A model generated the notes under the pieces. It saw only the letters and a program-made list of their open reading frames with translations. It was not told the origin of the DNA and did no database searches. From NCBI RefSeq assembly GCF_001194135.2, contig NC_068996.1, positions 34,486,512-34,550,511 of the forward strand: DNA of 64,000 bases. Reading direction: 5' to 3'. Shown here in pieces: positions 40,935 to 53,400 of this stretch (within the stretch, counting starts at the first letter, position 1; every line of letters starts with the position of its first letter). The DNA is from Octopus bimaculoides. Its lineage: Eukaryota. The position numbers were made by a program, and so were the translations under genes.

Positions 40935-43900
40935 CTCCTCTCTCTCTCTCTCTCTCCCCCCTCTCTCTCTCTCTCTCTCAGAGCAAGCCATGTTTTCACT
41001 TTTTCAGCAAGACACCTGTTCCTCTCCCTCTATCATACTTTCATATCCTTTAATGCTATGTTCCACTCAGTTGAGGGGGTCTTGCAAGTATTTGATGATC
41101 TAACAGTGTTGGTTCCATAAAAAAGCAGCCAGTACACTCTGAAGTGCTTGTTGTTAGGAAAGGCATCTAGCTGTAGAAACCATGCCAAAGCAGACATTAG
41201 AACTTTGGCGCAGCCTGGATTGTCCATCCATGCCAACATGGAAAAGGGATGTTAAATGATCATGATGGTGATGCTATATATATTGTCAATTGGAAACCTA
41301 CAGTGCTTAAAAAGACCCAATTTGCAACCATGGTCAAATTGGTGTTTAGATGGTAGTAGAATTGGAAGCATAATGTGTGCGCACATATCTGGGCCTTTAC
41401 CCAATATGCTCCTGTCAAATTTTCACCTTTTGTCACACCTTGTCCTCTACCAGTCATTCCTCCATAACCCTGCATTCTGCTATTCTTATAAGTGAAAGTG
41501 GAAGCCAGTTACCACTCCCTCCCTAATGAGCCATTTCCTACTGTCCTCCATCCTTCGTTTCTTACTATTGTCCTCTTTCACCCCTGACCACCTTCAATGG
41601 TTATTTATCTATGACTACCCCACTCCTAATTATATCCATCACTTGCACCTTCTGCTCTTGTAACTTCCACCTGCTCCTCCTGGTCCTTCTGTCACTGTAT
41701 TCCCTTCTATTCACTCACTTGAACATACCATTTTGAGGGTACAATATGCTACCTTGTCACCAACATCTTTTTCTCTCTTCCTTGCACCAGTCTTCTGTTG
41801 CACCCATATATATTGTTGGTCGTCTTGAATCCTGTCCTACACAACCCACCCAACTGTTCACCTCATTTCTCTCTCATTGTCACTAACTCCTGACACTTCA
41901 CTCTTTTACCATTTATTACCTCCTTCAATAGTTTTTGTTCGCCTCTCCTCTATCACCCTCACACAACAATAAACTTGCTCCTTCCATCATACTTTAGCTT
42001 CTCAACATCTTGCCTAAAAGTCACTACCCTATCTGATACTCTACCTTTCAGCATTGAAGATTTATGATCTTACAAGTTGCAAGGTGACCTTAGAAGCCTT
42101 CAAAAAAAGCCCTTGGTAGAGTAGTTGGTGTTTGGAAGGGCATCCAGCCATTGAAACCATATATCATCATCATCATCATCATCATCGTTTAACGTCCGCT
42201 TTCCATGCTAGCATGGGTTGGACGATTTGACTGAGGACTGGTGAAACCGGATGGCAACACCAGGCTCCAATCTAATTTGGCAGAGTTTCTACAGCTGGAT
42301 GCCCTTCCTAACGCCAACCACTCAGAGAGTGTAGTGGGTGCTTTTACGTCTCACCCGCACGAGGGCCAGTCAGGCGGTACTGGCAACGGCCACACTCAAA
42401 ATGGTATCTTTTNNNNNNNNNNCATCTGCCACATACAAAAACTAACTTTGTAGTTAATCTGCCTTTGATATTGCTGCACCTCTTATGTGTCCATAGCTTG
42501 CACCGGGTACATCTTATAGAGTTACTACCTACTCCTTTTCTACATACTGAGCAGGGCCATCTACCTGAAGGGATTTGTGTTTTATCTACCTTCCTACTTA
42601 TTAGGATTTTGGTTTTTGCTAGGTTGACTCTAAGGCCCTTTGATTCTAGTCCTTGCTTCCATACCTGAAACTTCTCCTCTAGTTCAGATAGTGACTCCGC
42701 AATTAGTGCAAGATATATATATATATAGACATTTGTTTTTTATATCACGTTATACTAAAAACAACTTAACATTAAGCTGAAATGTTACTCAGTACTTTTT
42801 GTAGGGTCATCATTATTCATTTACAAGAATATTGGTGATAGTGACTTCAAAGTTTCGGCCTACTAGCCTTTCTCAGACCATTCATTTAACTTCAGTTTTT
42901 CCACACTAGCCTTGATTACATAGAGTTGTTTGAGGCAGGAACCTACTGCTGAAATCTCTTTCAGTTGTCATCAACCCTTATGTATTTATTATGTGAGGGA
43001 CTTCTTTTTTATTCCAGAGATCTTGAAAACAGTGACTGAACATAGTGTCAATAATGAATGTCAATTTCATCACTGGTTTGTTCAGATAAAATGGCAATAT
43101 GTGTGGAATATCAACATTCATGCATATTTTCACATGTGCATGCGCACACACACATACATACTTGCACATACACATTTAATATGAAGAAAGAATTTTTAGT
43201 CAAAAAAGTTAGTCATATAATATTATAATCTTCTGTTTTGATTTTTTTTGCACTCAACATTCTTTTGTTCTATTCTTTTGCAGACCCCAAAGCTTATAGA
43301 AGGCTTTGGTCAAAGAGAAGTCATAAAGATTGCTTCCTGTCCTGAAGGAAGCCACTACATGGCACTAACATGTGATGGAAAAGTGTTTTCTTGGGGTTTT
43401 GGTGAAGGAGGTCGCCTTGGACATGGAGACAACATGTTAGTATGCAAGGAGATGTTTGTATATGGAAACACACATGCACATTATTACACATAATGATGTG
43501 CACTTGCTTGCATTCAATATACTCTCGTATGCACATGCACACACACACATGCATGCACATACTCAAAGTAAAATCAATGTTACCATGGAGGTTGTATTTG
43601 ATTTGTTAAAGAATTTTTAACTGTATTCAACGTTCTTCAATTTAGTGATTTTTGACAATTATATATTTTGATCGTGTATTCAGATGTGCATGTCAATATG
43701 CATATATGTACATGAAGATGTAAACATACACCTGTGTTCAGTCTATTCATTCAGATAAGTGTAGAGGTATTTGCACACATGTACATATTCTTGTGCTCAA
43801 ATGCATCAGAAGTATATGGGTTTGTATGCCATATGCATGCGATGGCTGTGATAAATACAGGTGTAATTGTGTGGTTAAGAAGTTTACTTCAGAGCTACAT

Positions 43901-46418
43901 GATTTGGGGATCAATTCCAGTGTGTGGACCCTGTTGGCTGATATCCTCTGTTGTACCTTTGTGTGTGTCTGGGTGACTGCATGTTGCCCTTGTCTTAACA
44001 TATGCATGTTAACTGTAAACAAAACCATTGCCATTCACACAAATGGTGTTGTTTACTTGCAGTCCTCTGTGAAAGCCTGCATGTCCTAACTGTTCAGTGT
44101 TCAATAAATTGGAGGAAATATTACTTTTGCTTGGAAACAGGTGAGGGTTAGTGTCAAGGAAAACATCTGGCTGCAGAAAACTCTGCCTCTATGAACGTAG
44201 TTTTATCTGACCTATGCAAGCATGGAAAAGCAAATGTTAAAATGATGACGATGATATAAGGCACATGTAAATGATGTATGCGCACGCACACACACACACA
44301 AACACACACACAGTCAAAGCTAAAGCTCATTAATCTTGAATCCTGTTAAAACTGCCCCAAGAGTAAAAAAGGGTAAAGATTGCACCTAGAAAGTTCACCT
44401 CCAAGGATAAGTCCAGGCAAGATTGTTTATGGAAGACTAGCAGTTGCCCATAGATACCATCCTCCTCTTTCCATGCCACTGATGTTATCCAAGGGAAAGG
44501 TAAAGGTCGATAAAGCTTGGCACCAGTGATTTTGCAACTCATTTCTACAGCTGAGTGAACTGCAACAACGTGAAAGAAAGTGACTTGCTCAAGAACACAA
44601 CACACAGCCTAGTCTGGGGATTAAACTCACTACCTCATGATTATGAGCCTGATGCTATAACTACTGAGCCATACCCCAAAATATAAGACATAAACCACTT
44701 TATTTTCTGAAGTATTTAACCCTTTAGCATTCAGAGCACTTTACCAAGTGCAATGCATATGCATTCACATTTATTTTGAATGAATCATGTATTTTCTCAT
44801 AGCTTTGGGATTTTGATGGTTTGCTTATTTTTAGAATTACATTCTAGTGGAGGTATGAGAGGCCAGATCTGATCAATTTCAACATAAAACTTGTAGAATT
44901 TAAACCAGCCAGATATGGTCAGTTTAAATGCTAAAAGGTTAAGTTAATTTGAAAGGATTGACTTAATATCACTCCCACTTTCTTAGAGTTTGCGTTGCAA
45001 TTATTTGGTCCAGATTTCTAGCTTGAGAATACTTCCTCCCTCCGTTCTCCACAGGTTTTGGAGGCCTAAAAAGAATTGTATAGATGCAGGCTTGGTTGTG
45101 TAGTACAAAGTTTGCTTCCTAAGCACACAGTTTCTGGTTCATTTCCACCATGTGGCACCTTGGGCAAGTGGCTTCTAGAGTTGTTCCAGGCTGACCAAAG
45201 TCTTATGAGTGGAGTTAGTAGATAGAAACTGAAAGAAGCCCATCACATGTGCATGTATGTGTGTGTTTAACTTTCTCTTTGCCTTGTTGGAAGTGGATGT
45301 TAACAACCATCATGCAAATGGTGTCCTTTGTTTCCATTCTTCCGTGAAAAAAATGACTGGTCTTAGGGAAAAGTTACCTTATTTGGAAACAGGTGAGAGT
45401 TGGTGACAGAGAGGGAATCCAGCCATAAAAAATCTGCCCCAACAAATTCCATTTGACCCATGCAAGCCTGGAAGTGTAGACATTAAAACAGTAGTGGTGA
45501 TCATGATAAAACGCTGTCCTTCTTTCCTAGCTAAGCAACTTAAAAGATATGTTCATCAGTATTCTTCAGTAATTGGAAGGTCAAAATTTGCAATAACTAT
45601 ATGGTATGTTAGGAATTGTAATGCTGGAATGGTGAAAAATTGATCCATGATGGTACCATGTGATAACTTAAATGACTGCAACTAAAGCAATCTTGAGAAA
45701 GTGAAAAGGCAGCATGGTTTTTGTTGTTGTTGTTTTTAACTTTTTTGTTCACTACTGACTCATATATAGCATTTGAGTTAAACTTCTTCAGCAGCAGTAG
45801 CAATAGTTCCAAGTTTGTTTTCAAGATCAATATGCCATCATTGTCCTCATCTTCTCTAAGCATTGTAGGCTATGTTCTTCATCTGATTCAACCAATGCAA
45901 CTTAGTATATATATATATGTTAGCTATATTGTTTTGCCAAGCTCTGAACTATGTTGTGTTTTTTAACCCGATGTGTCTATAATCCTTTAGCATTCAGATT
46001 ACACTGTCAGATGTAATGCTTATTTATTCACATTGTTTTGAATTAATGATGCATTATCTCATAACTTTGAGATTTCAATGATGCGGTTGTTTATTTTTAA
46101 ATTGACTTTGTAGCATAGGTATGAGAAGCCAGATCTGGTCAGTTTGAACATAAAAGCAGGTAGAATATTTGGGCCAGATATGCCTGGCTTAAATGTTAAA
46201 GGGTGAAAGGGAGTGATACAAATAAGTTAAATATGTTATATATCATGATATATAGACACAGCTGTATGATTTTGTGAAGTTTACTTCTCAGCTGTGTGGT
46301 TTCAAGTTCAATCTCCCTACACATGATGACATTGGATGTATTTTATTGTGACACCAACACAGAGCAGGTTGTCTTGTTATTAACAAAACCAAGATCACAC
46401 ATGCATACACACACTCTT

Positions 46419-46466
<48 letters not shown>

Positions 46467-47461
46467 CAAACACGTGTTACCAATTTGCAAGTATAAAAAC
46501 ACCCATACATGCATGCTTAGACACACACATAATTATATGCATGTAAACACACATACACACCAAGCATATATGCATGCACACACAAACATATGTACACAAG
46601 CCTTCAAATTTGTCTTAGCATGTAACAGCATTGCTGTTTTGAAGTATCACTTTTTTTTGGTTTCTTGTAGATCCTATGAAGAACCTAACTTGATTTCGGC
46701 ATTAGTTGGCCATCATGTGACTCATATATCCTGTGGCAGCTCAACCAGTGCAGCAGTTACTTCACATGGAGAACTGTACACATGGGGAAAAGGAAGCTAT
46801 GGTCATTTGGGACATGGAAGTTGTGATGATATGTCTCTGCCAACTCTTGTTTTGTCTCTCAAGAGTTATCGCATTGTGGATGTTGCCTGCAGCTTTGGAG
46901 AAGGACAAGCAATTGCTCTTTCTGATACAGGTAAATATATATATATATACCTCTGCCCCGCGCTCCACCCATGTCTTCCCCACCTCCCAGCGCCCTCGCA
47001 TCACACCACACCGGTGCCCTTGCGTCGCACCGCGCGCACCACACCAATACCCTCGCATCACGCCACGCACACACTGCGGCTGGCCAGCTGCTTTCTTCCT
47101 TTCTCCCTTCCCCCATTTTCACACTGCATGCGTCAAGATCACCAGCAGTCTACCTCCCACACACAGCCCCTCGTTCCCGATCACCGTTTGTTATCTCCCC
47201 CTTTCTTAGCTCTCCTGAAATAAGAATTTCTAACTTCCGGTCAGTCATTGTTATGATCGGCCATTATTATGATTGACCGTTGACTGAACACTATTCAATT
47301 TTTTTTCTCCGTGTTTTTCTCCTTGTCTCCGTATTCTTTCTGTTGAAGAGCGTAGCTCGAAACGTCAAAGACTTTCCGTATTCCCGAGCGTCATACTAAT
47401 ATATACTTTTGTTATTTACACCACCTGTCCTCGTCTGTTGTTATTTTTTGTATATTCTCCC

Positions 47462-47495
<34 letters not shown>

Positions 47496-50400
47496 ATGTT
47501 TGTATAACATTGTCACTGTATATATGTGTATGTGTGCGTATATATTGTGAGTGGATTTTATACTTGGAAACTGAAAAATGTCTGTTATGTGTGAAAGTTG
47601 TGTTTGTGTTTCCTTGTTTGACATCTTGTGAAAATTATAAGTGAGTGTTATTGTCATACAAGTGGTATGATTTGCTTCCAGTCTTTCATGTAAACATGTC
47701 AAGTCATGGGGAAAATATTACCTTAATCAGGTGAGGGTTGGCAACAGGAAAAGCATCTGGCTGCAGAATATCTACTGCAATAAATGCTGTCTGAACCATG
47801 CAAGCAAGAAAAAATGGACATTCAAGCAACAATGATGATGTTGTGTGGCTGTGTGCATGGGAGAATATGTGTCTAGGTACATAACATTTTTGGTGTGTGT
47901 GTGTGTGTGTGTGTGTGTGTGCCTGTAACATTGTTACCATATTCATCTATTTTGTTTTTATATCCGTTTTTCTATGCCAGCAAAGGTTAGATGAGTATGT
48001 TATTAAGGTATTGTTTTACAGTTGAAAGCCCTTCTTGTCACTAAGCTTTGTCTGTTTTTCAAGTAAGGGATCTCTTACTTGAAGGTCTTCAAAAGTGCAA
48101 ACCTAGTGGATGATTTGTTAACAAGGAAAGATGACATCAATATAATCAGTCGTAGTTTGGTGATTTTCATCATCATCATCATCATTTAACATTTTTCCAT
48201 GTTGGCTTGGAGCAGACTGGATGGAATGACAAGATCCAGTGAATTGGAGGGCTGTATATGCTCCAATGTTTGCTTTGTGGAGGCTTATGGCTTAGTGGTT
48301 AGCATGTTAGACTCGTGATCATAAAATTGTAGTTTCAATTCCTGGACTGTGTGAGGTGTGTTTTTGAGCAAAATGCTTCATTTCATGTTGCTCCAGTTCA
48401 TTCAGCTGGCAAAAATGAGTAGCCTTGTGATGGATCAGTGTCCTGTCCAGGTGGGGAATTTATACATCCTGAAACTAGAAAACTGGCCCTTATTAGTTGG
48501 TATGACTTGAGAAAGTAACTTTACCCTTACCTTTAATGTTTGCTATGGTGTGGTTCTTATGGCTGGATTCCCTTCCTAATGCCAATCACTTTACAGAGTA
48601 TAGTGGTTGCCTTTTGTCATGGCACCTTACAAGACTGAAGAACCTAAAGGGCCTCCATGACTGAAAGAAGAATGAGTGAGAGAAAGTGAGGATTTCAGAT
48701 GAGATGATGAAATATGCAATTATGATGAGTGGATCAGATATATGTGTGTGTGTGTGTAGAACATAGTCACTACATGCAGGATGTCTTTTTATGTGCATCT
48801 CTGTGTGTGGACCTTTTACCTTGTTTCACTCATTAAGACTGTGGCTGTGTTGGGGCACCACTTTGAAGGATTTTACTTGAATAAATCAACCCCAATACTT
48901 TTTTTTTAAAGCCTGGTCCTCATGTTGGACTGCTAAGTTATGGGGATGTAAACAAATCAACACTGATTGTCAAGCCATGGTGGGAGACAAACACAAAGAT
49001 ACAAACATATAGGTTTCCTTCAGTTTCCATTTACAAAACCTAGTCACAAAGCTTTGGTCAACCTGGGATATTTGCCCAAGGTGCCATGCAGTGGGACTGA
49101 ACCTGGAAGCATCTGGCTGGGAAGCAAACTTCTTACCACACAGCCACACCAGCACCTATAGTATATATGTATCTCATCTTTTACTTACTCCAACCATTTG
49201 ACTGTAGCTATGCTGAGACACTTCCTTGAAGGGCTTTAGTTGAAGAAATTGATCGCAGTAATTATTTCATAGAGTCTAGCACTTACTCCATTGCTGAACT
49301 ACTAAGTTACTTCAGGGTGTAAACAAACCAACACCAGTTGTCAAGCAGTAATGGTGGTGCAGACAAACACACACATGCACACAACAGGCTTCTTTCAGTT
49401 TCTATTTATCAAATCCACTCACAGACCCTGAGCTAAAATGGAAAACACTGGTCCACTTCTTACCACACAGCCATATATTCCTCTATTAATCTCTCTCTCT
49501 CTCTCCCCATTCTACCTTTGTCTATTGGCATGAGTAATTTAACATTTGTTGGAGCAGAACTGTGTCAAAATGATCAGTTCAAAGTTTAGTTTAATACAGT
49601 ACTGCATTTGTTGTGGGAAATCTTTTTAGTTTTCAGATGACCTAATCTACCTTGCTGTAAATAGATAACTGTAGGGTCAGAATGAATAACACACTGCTCC
49701 AAGCTACAGCAATGCTAAAAATTAACAGGTACTTCATAAGGTTGCAATATTGAAAGTTCAAATTTCAAAGTAATTTATTATTCAAGCAATAATTAATTCA
49801 GGATCAATAACTCAAAAGTAAACACTTTAGGTTACCCACAACTGTTATACCCTATTCAACTGAGTAAGCATTCTCTCTTTGTGTGTGTGTGTGTGTGTGT
49901 GTGCACGTGCACATGTGCAATTGTTGCTGCCTATAAAATAATTATGTTTCTTATTAAAATTAGTGTTACATCAAGTCAAAAGAAATTATTATAATTAACT
50001 GTGTACATTTAATTTTGCATTTTTAATCCTTTTATCTATATTAGGAATTGTTTTTACGTGGGGTGACAAAGACTCTGACAAAAGTGGAAGAAGCAGTAAT
50101 GAATCTCGCATACCAAAACCAGTAGAACCTCTAACAGAAAATATTGTTCGAGTCTTTTGTGGCTCACAATTTTGCCTTGCTTTGTCAAGGCTTGGTGTAG
50201 TTTACTCTTGGTAAATATTGATCTTAATCTTTATATTTTTACTTATAATTCCACTGTCCAAACTACCCAAAATCTCTTTGATATATTCATAAAAACTACA
50301 GAAAATTTAATTTCTGTTTTTTTTATAGCACTTATTTTTTAAATACTATTATTATTGTTGTTGTTATTATTATTGGTATTATTATTTGGATGGCAAGGTG

Positions 50401-53400
50401 GCTGAATCATTACTGAACCAGGCAAAATGCTTAGCAGAATTTCTTATGGCTCTTTACTTACTGATTTCAAATGCCTCTAAGGTCAACTTTACCTTTCAAT
50501 CTTTTGAGTTCCATAAAATTAATAGCAGTTGAGCCCTGGGATAGATGTAATTGACATCTCCATTTCCTCAAAATTGTTTCCCTTGGGCCCAAATTAAATA
50601 GAATCATTATGATTATTATAAAGGTGGCAAGTTGGCAGAATTGTTAGTGCATCAAACAAAATACTTAGCAATCTTTTTCTGGCTTTATGTTCTGAGTTCA
50701 AATTCGGCTGAAGTTGACTTTATCTTTCATCCTTTCGGGGTCAATAGAATGAAACATCTTCCAAGTATTGGCTCCCTTCCCTCAAAATTGCTGGCCTTGT
50801 ATCTATAGTAGAAGTAATTATTATCCTTCATTTGTACAGTGATGATCTTGTTAACATTGGATCATTTGACTCCCTATCAAGTTATGTAACCTCAGAGAGA
50901 CAGTACTTTCTTCAGGATATTTGCTGTTTCCAAAAATGTTGTCTTTTGTAATGTTGTGATGCTGAGACTTATTCCTATTGTGTCAAGGTGTTTCTGAAAG
51001 CTTTTTGTTGTCAGCCCATGTGCTCCAATCACAATTGGTACCATTTCTTCTTTCATATTCCACAATCTCTTACATCTATTCTCAAGTTTGCATATTTTAC
51101 AATTTTCTCATTTTCTTTACCATTGATATAATAGTCTCCTGGGCAAGTTACATTGATCAACAGACACCTTACAGTATCTTTCTGTGCCAAAGTTATATCT
51201 GGCCTAATTATTATTATTATTATTATCAAGGCAGTGAGCTGGCAGAAACGTTAGCATGCCGAGGTTGACTTTGCCTTTCATCCTTTCGGGGTCGATAAAA
51301 TAAGTACTAGTTGAGCACTGGAGTCAATATAATCGACTTGCCCCCTCCCCCAATATTACTGGCCTTGTGCCAAAATTTGAAATCATTATTATTATTTTTT
51401 GAAGCTAACTTGATCTGTTTTGTGATTTTCTTTTCTTAATCAGGGGGAAAGGTAATTTCTACAAACTTGGTCATGGTTCAGAGGAGAATGTTCGTTACCC
51501 TAAACCAATTGAAGGCCTGACTGGCAACGTTGTGATAGATATTGCTGTTAGTTCAGTGCGTTGTTTAGCCTTAACAGATGAATCCAAAGTCTATGGTTGG
51601 GGAAGAAGTGAATGTTTGCAGGCCGGAGAATCTTTCATCACTCTCACTGAACCTACAATTATTCAAGCTTTTGAAGGAAAGAAAATCGTTAGCATTGCTT
51701 GCAATCAAACTCAAGTATGTCTTCTTTCTTTTTCACTTATTCTCTGTGTACAACTTGTTGTTAGATAAACCTTAAATGCTATGCACTTGTATGTGGTTGA
51801 GGATTATATTTAAGAGTATAAATGTCTATGCACTACTCAACATCCTACATTATAAATTAATGAGTAGGTATTTCAGTGGATCAAGCAACTGAAATACTCA
51901 TCAGCCAATAAGTGGTGCACAATGTTTTTGTCTGTCTGTCATGTAAATTGCTACAGCTGTAAAATATTATGATAAATATTGCTGAAATTCTCAATCACTT
52001 ATAGTGTATTTATTGTTCTTCAGTGAAGGCACATAACTTAGTGGTTAGTATGTGCTTGACTACTGACCGAGACCTTTGGAAATGTGCTGTGCGTGAGAAG
52101 ACCCGGCAAGCCAAGTAAGATCGTTGCCAGTGCCCCTGGACTGGCTCTTGTGCGGGTGGCACATGAGATGCACCATTTTGAGCGTGGCCGTTGCCAGTAC
52201 CACCTGACTGGCTCCCGTAGGATTTTCGAGTGAGATCGTTGCCAGTGCCCCTGGACTGGCTTGTGCGGGTGGCACATAAAAGACACCATTTCGAGCGTGG
52301 CCGTTTTTGTGCGGGTGACACGTAAAAGCACCCACTACACTCTCTGAGTGGTTGGCGTTAGGAAGGGCATCCAGCTGTAGAAGCTCTGCCAAATCAGACT
52401 GGAGCCTGGTGTTGCCATCCGGTTTCACCAGTCCTCAGTCAAATCGTCCAACCCATGCTAGCATGGAAAGCGGACGTTAAACGATGATGATGATGATGAT
52501 GACAATCATAATGCCATAGGTTTGATTCCCAGCAGTGCATTGTGTCCTTGAGCAAGACACTTTATTTCACTTTGTTCCAGTCTACTCAGCTGGCAAAAAT
52601 GAGTTGTACCTGTAATTGCAAGGGCCACCTTTTCACATTCTGTGTTATGTTGAATCTCCCTGAAAACTACGTTGAAGGTATGTGTGTTCTGTGGAGTACT
52701 CAGTCTCTTGCATGTTAATTTCATGAGTAGGCTGTTCCCTTGATCGAATCAACTGGAACTCTTGTTATGACTGACAGTGCCCAACCATTGTTCTACAGTA
52801 TTGATCATCCACTGATTTTTATGTCTTTCATGTACTATAAAATTTGAGGGGCAAACTAGAATATATTCTGACAATATTTTGAATAAATAAGCCCTTCTTT
52901 GAAAACGCATGTAATCTTTTACATCATCTCCAAGGATCAGGTCTGGAACCACAACAAATATTTTTATAAAGAGTGAAGAACATAGAACAACTCTGCAAGA
53001 GTTTGAAGTGAATTTTAGAATTATACTGTATAGATTTAGCAGTTTGGTAAATATAGTAAATTTGTTCATATTGAAAGAATTCATTTATTAAATGATTTCC
53101 ATTTTCTATGGAAATATTGTCACCATCAGATTATCATGATGAAGCTGATAATGATATTATCATGGACATATAGATGCAGGTTTGTCTGTGTGGTAAGAAG
53201 CTTGCTCTCCAACCACATAGTTCTGGATTCAGTCCCACTGCATGGCACCTTGAGCAAGTGTCTTCTACTATAGCCTCAGGCCGACCAAAGCTTTATGAGT
53301 GGACAGAAACTGAAAAAAGCTCATTGTGTGTGTATGTGTGTGTGTATATATATATATATACTAGCAATGACTAGTGACTGAGAGGACCTATCAAGCCAAG

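Noticed and set aside
53172-53260. tRNA genes
   Set aside because: The tRNA-like heads belong to SINEs and do not form a complete cloverleaf
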